A DNA stretch of 64,000 nucleotides from Pseudomonadota bacterium (GTDB taxonomy: Bacteria > Pseudomonadota > Alphaproteobacteria > JBCCHK01). A program made the translations under genes and the position numbers. Below, in pieces: positions 59,079 through 64,000 of this stretch. The notes beneath the pieces are model-generated. The model worked only from the letters and a program-made list of their open reading frames with translations, was not told the origin of the DNA and did no database searches. Position 1 is the first letter of the stretch. The number at the start of each line of letters is the position of its first letter. Location: assembly GCA_039028835.1 (NCBI GenBank), contig JBCCHK010000008.1, positions 6,698 to 70,697 of the forward strand, read 5' to 3'.

Positions 59079-59879
59079 ATGTTCGATGTCACCGATATTC
59101 TCATCCTTGCCTGTGCGGCCTGCATGGCAGGTTTTACCGCCGGGCTGCTGGGTGTGGGTGGCGGTATGGTCATGGTGCCGACTCTCTTGTTGTTTCATCA
59201 ATCGCTCGGGTTTGCGCCGGATTATATTGTGCACACGGCCTTTGCCACGTCCTTGGCAACGGTGGTGCCGATTTCTATCACCTCAGCACTCTCTCATTAT
59301 CGCCGCGGCAATCTGGATCTTGCAATCTGGCGGCGATGGGTCGTTTTTGTGGGGCTTGGCGGCATTGTTGGCGGGTTGATCGTGCGTTGGTTTGAAAGCC
59401 GCACGCTGGAGGTCATGTTTGCCTGTCTTGCCTTGTTGGTGGCGGCTAATCTTTTGCGTTTAAGGCCTGTGATTATCTGGTCTTCGCCGCCGCGCGGACT
59501 GATCTGGCAAGGCGCATTGCCAAGTTTATTTGGTTGTTTGGGCGCGATGTTTGGTATCGGCGGCGGGACATTTAACGTGCCCTATCTGTCTGCTATGTCG
59601 GTTCCGATTCATCGAGCTATTGGGACAGCGGCGGGCTTGGGCTTAGGCTTGGCTGTGCCGGGCGTGATCGGTTTTGCCCTTGGCGAATTCACCACCCCGG
59701 ACCTGCCAGCAGGGCAAATTGGATTCATCAGCTTGCTTGGGGTGGCAGTTATGGCGCCACTGGCGGTGCTCGTAACGCCGCTGGGGGCGAGATTAAACTC
59801 GATGATTCCCGCACGGCCTTTGCGCGTCATTTTTGCCGTCTATATCAGTATCGTTGCCTTGCGGTTGCTTTTTTTCTAA
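59079..59879 (+). CDS. TSUP/TauE-SafE family membrane transporter.
   Basis: It is a DUF81 4+4 TM repeat protein with 'GVGGGMVMVPTLL' and 'GIGGGTFNVPYL'. Confidence 0.7.
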   Translation: MFDVTDILILACAACMAGFTAGLLGVGGGMVMVPTLLLFHQSLGFAPDYIVHTAFATSLATVVPISITSALSHYRRGNLDLAIWRRWVVFVGLGGIVGGLIVRWFESRTLEVMFACLALLVAANLLRLRPVIIWSSPPRGLIWQGALPSLFGCLGAMFGIGGGTFNVPYLSAMSVPIHRAIGTAAGLGLGLAVPGVIGFALGEFTTPDLPAGQIGFISLLGVAVMAPLAVLVTPLGARLNSMIPARPLRVIFAVYISIVALRLLFF

Positions 59880-60360
59880 TCGTCGTTTTGTTATCTTTAC
59901 CTACATGAGAAAGAGGCAGGGCGGTGGTGTATTTGATTTCCTCCATGGCAAAGAACGAGGACACGTTAGAGATCGGGACTTGGGCGATCAGCCGTTTGTA
60001 AAAATCGTCATAGGCACGGATGCTGGGCACAACCACCCGCATGAGGTAATCGATATCCCCGCCCAGGCGATATAGCTCCACCACTTCGGGCATGTCCATC
60101 GCAATGGTGGCAAACTTTTCTAGCCATTCGGCATTGTGTTGATCGGTCTTGATGGTCACAAAAATCACCGTATCAGCCTGGATTTTTTTTGCATTTAACA
60201 AAGCCACACAACGGTCAATCACGCCTGTTTGCTCTAGCTTTTTAACGCGCCGCCAGCACGGCGTGTGAGACAGCCCGACGCGCTTGGCGATTTGCTGGGT
60301 CGTGACCGTACAGTCCTTTTGTAAAATTTCTAAAATAGCCTTGTCGATGGCATCAAGCAT
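59845..60360 (-). CDS. lrp: Lrp/AsnC family transcriptional regulator.
   Basis: The N-terminal HTH is 'ILEILQKDCTVTTQQIAKRVGLSHTPCWRRVKKLEQTGVI', followed by a RAM domain. Confidence 0.8.
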   Translation of the reverse strand: MLDAIDKAILEILQKDCTVTTQQIAKRVGLSHTPCWRRVKKLEQTGVIDRCVALLNAKKIQADTVIFVTIKTDQHNAEWLEKFATIAMDMPEVVELYRLGGDIDYLMRVVVPSIRAYDDFYKRLIAQVPISNVSSFFAMEEIKYTTALPLSHVGKDNKTTIRKKATARQRY

Positions 60361-60508
60361 GAAACGCCTCTGTCGGGAAAGTGAAAAAGAAAGCCTAAAG
60401 AGAGATCAACACGATACTCCGATCCACAGCTATTGACTAGCAACGCATATTCCGGCATAAAACCCTGGTCGTTGCCCGCTAAGGGGTAAGGCCAGTAGGA
60501 GTTGCACG

Positions 60509-60634
60509 ATGAAGGTCGTATCTTCGCTCAAAAGTCTTAAATCACGCCACCGGGAATGCCGGGTGGTGCGCCGTCGCGGTCGCGTTTACGTGATTAACAA
60601 AAAGAACCCGCGCTTTAAGGCCCGCCAGGGCTAA
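60509..60634 (+). CDS. rpmJ: 50S ribosomal protein L36. It is absent from the supplied ORF track because it is only 41 aa.
   Basis: The translation is '[41 protein letters not shown]', with the RBS ggag upstream. Confidence 0.85.
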   Translation: MKVVSSLKSLKSRHRECRVVRRRGRVYVINKKNPRFKARQG

Positions 60635-60642
60635 TCCTGTCT

Positions 60643-61257
60643 ATGTCCCCGGATTGGGGCTTTGATGATCGGACCTCACGCCAGACCGGGCGTGCGGTGA
60701 TCGGCGTCGATGAAGTCGGGCGCGGTCCTTTGTTTGGCCCTGTGGTGGCCGCTGCTGTTCAGATTCCCCACGCCGCTCGCCCCGCCCTTGCAGGCTTGGG
60801 GATCGATGATTCCAAAAGAGTCTCCCCAGCGCGGCGCACGCGCATTTTCAGAGCATTGCTCGACCATGCTCACATCGGCATTGGCGCGGCCTGCGCGGGC
60901 GAGATCGATGCGGTGGGGATTGGGGTCGCAACGATGCTGGCGATGAAACGTGCCCTTAGGGCCTTTGCCGATGAGGCCGGGGTGGCCCTGATCGACGGGC
61001 GTTTTTGTCCACCAGGTTTGCGCCAACCAAGCCAAGCGGTGATCGGTGGGGATCGCCAAAGCATGGCGATTGCGTCCGCCTCGATCATCGCCAAAGTTGC
61101 GCGAGACCGTTCTTTAGGCAACTTTGCGCGGTTTTGGCCGGACTATAGCCTGCAACAAAACAAAGGCTATCCGACCGCCGCTCATCGGCAAGCGCTCAAG
61201 GTGTTTGGTCTTACGCCCGCCCACCGGCGCAGTTTTCGGTGCGGTATCTCGGCCTAG
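60643..61257 (+). CDS. rnhB: Ribonuclease HII.
   Basis: 'VIGVDEVGRGPLFGPVVAAAV' carries the catalytic D-E motif. Confidence 0.85.
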   Translation: MSPDWGFDDRTSRQTGRAVIGVDEVGRGPLFGPVVAAAVQIPHAARPALAGLGIDDSKRVSPARRTRIFRALLDHAHIGIGAACAGEIDAVGIGVATMLAMKRALRAFADEAGVALIDGRFCPPGLRQPSQAVIGGDRQSMAIASASIIAKVARDRSLGNFARFWPDYSLQQNKGYPTAAHRQALKVFGLTPAHRRSFRCGISA

Positions 61258-62366
61258 CTTTCTGTGAGCTTAACGACGTCATGCACATCGCTTTCCGAGC
61301 GGCCCGCGCCGGTGATGCGAATGAACTGCGCTCGCGCGGGCAAGTCGGCCAGGTGCGCACACCCCAGATAGCCCATGGTGGCCTGAAGCCCACCGGTAAA
61401 ACGAGCGAAGGCATCGGCGGCGGGGCCAATGGCGCGTACGAGGCTTTCGACTCCTTCACTGGTGAGTTTGCGTTGGCTGGGGTCTTGGAAATAACGATCC
61501 GCCGAGCCTTCTTTCATCGCCGCATGGGAGCCCATGCCGCGATAGTAACGATAGGCGACGCCATTGTGGATCTCTTGCCGGCCAGGGGCTTCATCGCAAG
61601 CGGCAAAGATCGAGCCGAGCATGACCGCATGGGCCCCGGCCGCGAGGGCCTTGGCCGCATCGCCGGGCTGGTGGATGCCACCATCGGCGATGACCGTGAC
61701 CGGATGATCCTTGGCGTAAGCCATGACCTCCATAATGGCGGACAACTGGGGAACGCCGACCCCGGTAATGGTTCGAGTGGTGCAGATCGAGCCGGGCCCC
61801 ACACCGACCTTGATGCATTGTGCGCCCGCCTCGATGAGGTCCGCCGCCGCTTGGGCGGTGACGATGTTACCGGCACCCAGGGGAATGTTTGGATGAGCGG
61901 CGCACAATGCGCGAACGGTCTCAAGGACGCTGGCACTGTGACCGTGGGCGGTGTCGACGATCAGCATGTCGACCTGCGCGCGCGCTAGGGCGTTCGCCCG
62001 CTCGCGCGCTTGCGCTCCGACACCGACAGCCGCGGCAACACACAGCCGTCCCGTCGAATCGCAGCAGCCGCCCTTCGCGGGTGGCTCGGCGGTTTTGACC
62101 TGCTGGACTTCGTCGGCCTGTTGCGTAGCGGTCATGTTGCGGTGAATCACCCCCAGCCCGCCAGATCGGGCGAGCGCAATGGCTAGCGGGGCGGTGGTCA
62201 CCGTATCCATCGCCGCCGATAAAAAAGGCGCAGAGAGAACAAGCTGGGGGGTTAGGCGTGTGGTCGTGTCGGCCTGGGCGGGCACCACCGTTGAGTGCTG
62301 GGGCACCAACAACACATCATCAAAGGTCAAATAAAACGGGAAAGAATCAACCATCGCCTCATCCAT
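61254..62366 (-). CDS. IMP dehydrogenase/GMP reductase family protein lacking CBS domains.
   Basis: The N-terminus '[10 protein letters not shown]', the catalytic loop '[11 protein letters not shown]' and 'IADGGI' are present. The length suggests no CBS pair. The start is trimmed to an internal Met. Confidence 0.7.
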   Translation of the reverse strand: MDEAMVDSFPFYLTFDDVLLVPQHSTVVPAQADTTTRLTPQLVLSAPFLSAAMDTVTTAPLAIALARSGGLGVIHRNMTATQQADEVQQVKTAEPPAKGGCCDSTGRLCVAAAVGVGAQARERANALARAQVDMLIVDTAHGHSASVLETVRALCAAHPNIPLGAGNIVTAQAAADLIEAGAQCIKVGVGPGSICTTRTITGVGVPQLSAIMEVMAYAKDHPVTVIADGGIHQPGDAAKALAAGAHAVMLGSIFAACDEAPGRQEIHNGVAYRYYRGMGSHAAMKEGSADRYFQDPSQRKLTSEGVESLVRAIGPAADAFARFTGGLQATMGYLGCAHLADLPARAQFIRITGAGRSESDVHDVVKLTES

Positions 62367-62487
62367 CGGATTGATACTTGGTATACTTGTTATCCTTGGG
62401 ACGTGATACCCTTGCGCATCGTCTATCCACACAGAACTTTTCTTCGCTCTTGCTCTCTGGTCAAAACGGGGCAAGGACACTGCCGTT

Positions 62488-63453
62488 ATGAGCCATTCTT
62501 CAGCAAACCCGCAATTAAACCCTTTGGCTGACCCGCAAGATGCGGCCATCATCATCGAGGGATTGCAAAAGACCTATGCGGGTGGCACCCATGCTGTTCG
62601 TGATGTGAGTTTGACTGTCGCGCGTGGATCGATTTTTGGTCTGTTGGGGCCGAACGGCGCGGGCAAATCGACGATCATCAACATTCTTGCGGGTACGGTG
62701 AAGAAGTCCGCCGGACAAGTCATCATCGACGGCTATGATATTGATCGTCATGGGTTGCTCGCGCGGCAGCGGATCGGGATTGTGCCCCAGGAAACCAATT
62801 TTGATCCGTTTTTTAGTCCCTTCGAGACACTAGAGACCCAAGCCGGATATTTTGGGGTGCGCAAGGCTGACCGGCGCACCCAAGAGCTGTTGGAGGTCAT
62901 GGGGCTGGGCGATAAGGTCCACGCCAACACCCGTGATTTATCAGGCGGGATGCGCCGCCGACTCATGGTGGCCAAGGCGCTCGTCCACGATCCGCCGATC
63001 TTGGTGCTAGACGAGCCTACTGCAGGCGTCGATGTAGAGTTACGCAATAAACTTTGGGCGTATGTTTCTGAGTTGCGCAACAAAGGAGTCACGATCATTC
63101 TGACGACTCATTATCTGTATGAGTCCGAAAAGCTGTGCGATACCCTGGCCATTGTCAACAAGGGCACCATCATCGCACTGGATCAAAAAGATGCGTTGCT
63201 CGCCCGTTTGGGCACCAAGAAGATTACGGTGCAGCTGCGCGAGTCGATTACCGACTTGCCCGAAGGATTGGCAGAGATCGGCGGGGCTATCGATGACGAG
63301 GGACAGGTTGTGGTGACCTACGGGCGAGAAGGCGAGGGCCAGATCGAAACCGTCTTGGCGAAAATTCAATCCGCAGGCCTTGCGATCACCGACATTAAAA
63401 CCAGTCAAACCTCACTCGAGGACATATTTGTCGAGCTCACCGGCGAACAATAG
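62488..63453 (+). CDS. ABC transporter ATP-binding protein (ABC-2 exporter type).
   Basis: Walker A 'GPNGAGKST', signature 'LSGGMRRRL' and Walker B 'ILVLDEPTAGVD' are present. Confidence 0.8.
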   Translation: MSHSSANPQLNPLADPQDAAIIIEGLQKTYAGGTHAVRDVSLTVARGSIFGLLGPNGAGKSTIINILAGTVKKSAGQVIIDGYDIDRHGLLARQRIGIVPQETNFDPFFSPFETLETQAGYFGVRKADRRTQELLEVMGLGDKVHANTRDLSGGMRRRLMVAKALVHDPPILVLDEPTAGVDVELRNKLWAYVSELRNKGVTIILTTHYLYESEKLCDTLAIVNKGTIIALDQKDALLARLGTKKITVQLRESITDLPEGLAEIGGAIDDEGQVVVTYGREGEGQIETVLAKIQSAGLAITDIKTSQTSLEDIFVELTGEQ

Positions 63454-63483
63454 GAAACGATGTAGCTTTTAGTCTGCAGATCG

Positions 63484-63987
63484 CTAAAAACGGCCACAGT
63501 CGACCTTCATCATATCCCCGGTCACGGCAGAGGATAGATCACTGGCATAAAACAGAGCGGCGCGGGCGACTTCTTGAGGATTGACCCACCGCTTAAGGGC
63601 GGCAACATCTGTGTAGCTTTCTTTTTCAATCTCAGCTGCTGGTCGGCCTTCGGCCTTGGATCGCGTGTGTAAAATGCGATCCATATTCTCGCCTGAGACC
63701 GCGCCGGGAAGAAGGGCATTGACCCGCACCCCTTTAGGCCCAAGTTCTCGCGCCATGGTTTGGGTGATGCCAATTAAGGCAAACTTAGAGGCCACATACG
63801 CCGAGCGCATGGGATAGCCCACGATTCCCATCAAGGATGACATATTGATGATCGAGCCATGACCTTGCGCGGCCATGATCCGCGCCGCGTGTTGTAAGCC
63901 ATACATGCCGCCGATCACGTTGGTCTGCAAACAAGCGATCCACGCATCCATATCGACCTCAGCCACCGACGCGATGGGGCCTGGCAC
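63484..63987 (-). CDS. SDR family oxidoreductase (short-chain dehydrogenase). The N-terminus lies beyond the window edge.
   Basis: The catalytic 'YVASKFAL' (YxxxK) and 'LLPGAV' are present. Confidence 0.75.
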   Translation of the reverse strand: MPGPIASVAEVDMDAWIACLQTNVIGGMYGLQHAARIMAAQGHGSIINMSSLMGIVGYPMRSAYVASKFALIGITQTMARELGPKGVRVNALLPGAVSGENMDRILHTRSKAEGRPAAEIEKESYTDVAALKRWVNPQEVARAALFYASDLSSAVTGDMMKVDCGRF

Positions 63988-64000
63988 ACCGGCATTGTTC

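Overview
This window looks like a high-GC (~58-62%) alphaproteobacterial chromosome segment carrying three lower-GC (~45-50%) accessory insertions. The core genes are housekeeping and syntenic: amiC (5'-truncated), xerD, a tauABC/ssuABC-like ABC importer, a TauE/TSUP permease with a small membrane partner, hisS, a flagellin-like protein with flaF, ispB, surA-pdxA-rsmA, the yibQ-ctpA-envC-gpmI block, a Sel1/PG-binding protein, gyrB, aroA, a TPR lipoprotein, ispE, rho, lolA, lldD-like, hisD, glpK, matB, TSUP, lrp, rpmJ, rnhB, a guaB-family gene, an ABC ATPase and a 3'-truncated SDR. The first accessory region (20.7-32.8 kb) is a respiratory nitrate reductase island: a divergent Crp/Fnr regulator, a fused narK1K2, narGHJI and a PpiC-type PPIase. 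It is bracketed by an intact tRNA-Met(CAT) and a degenerate direct-repeat copy of the same tRNA with about 30 bp of leader. The second (41.9-49.2 kb) is a defective T7-like prophage remnant: major capsid, tail tubular A and B, a GH108 endolysin, a 3TM holin and a convergent XRE/ImmA pair. It has no portal, terminase, replication or integrase genes. The third (50.9-54.6 kb) holds a polytopic membrane protein divergent from a 781-aa protein with a Gln/Ala-rich coiled region and an SR/RG-rich basic C-terminal tail. That last protein is the least explicable object in the window and a candidate secreted or nucleic-acid-binding protein. No CRISPR array or IS element was seen. Product calls rest on motifs and synteny recognised by eye, not on database searches.
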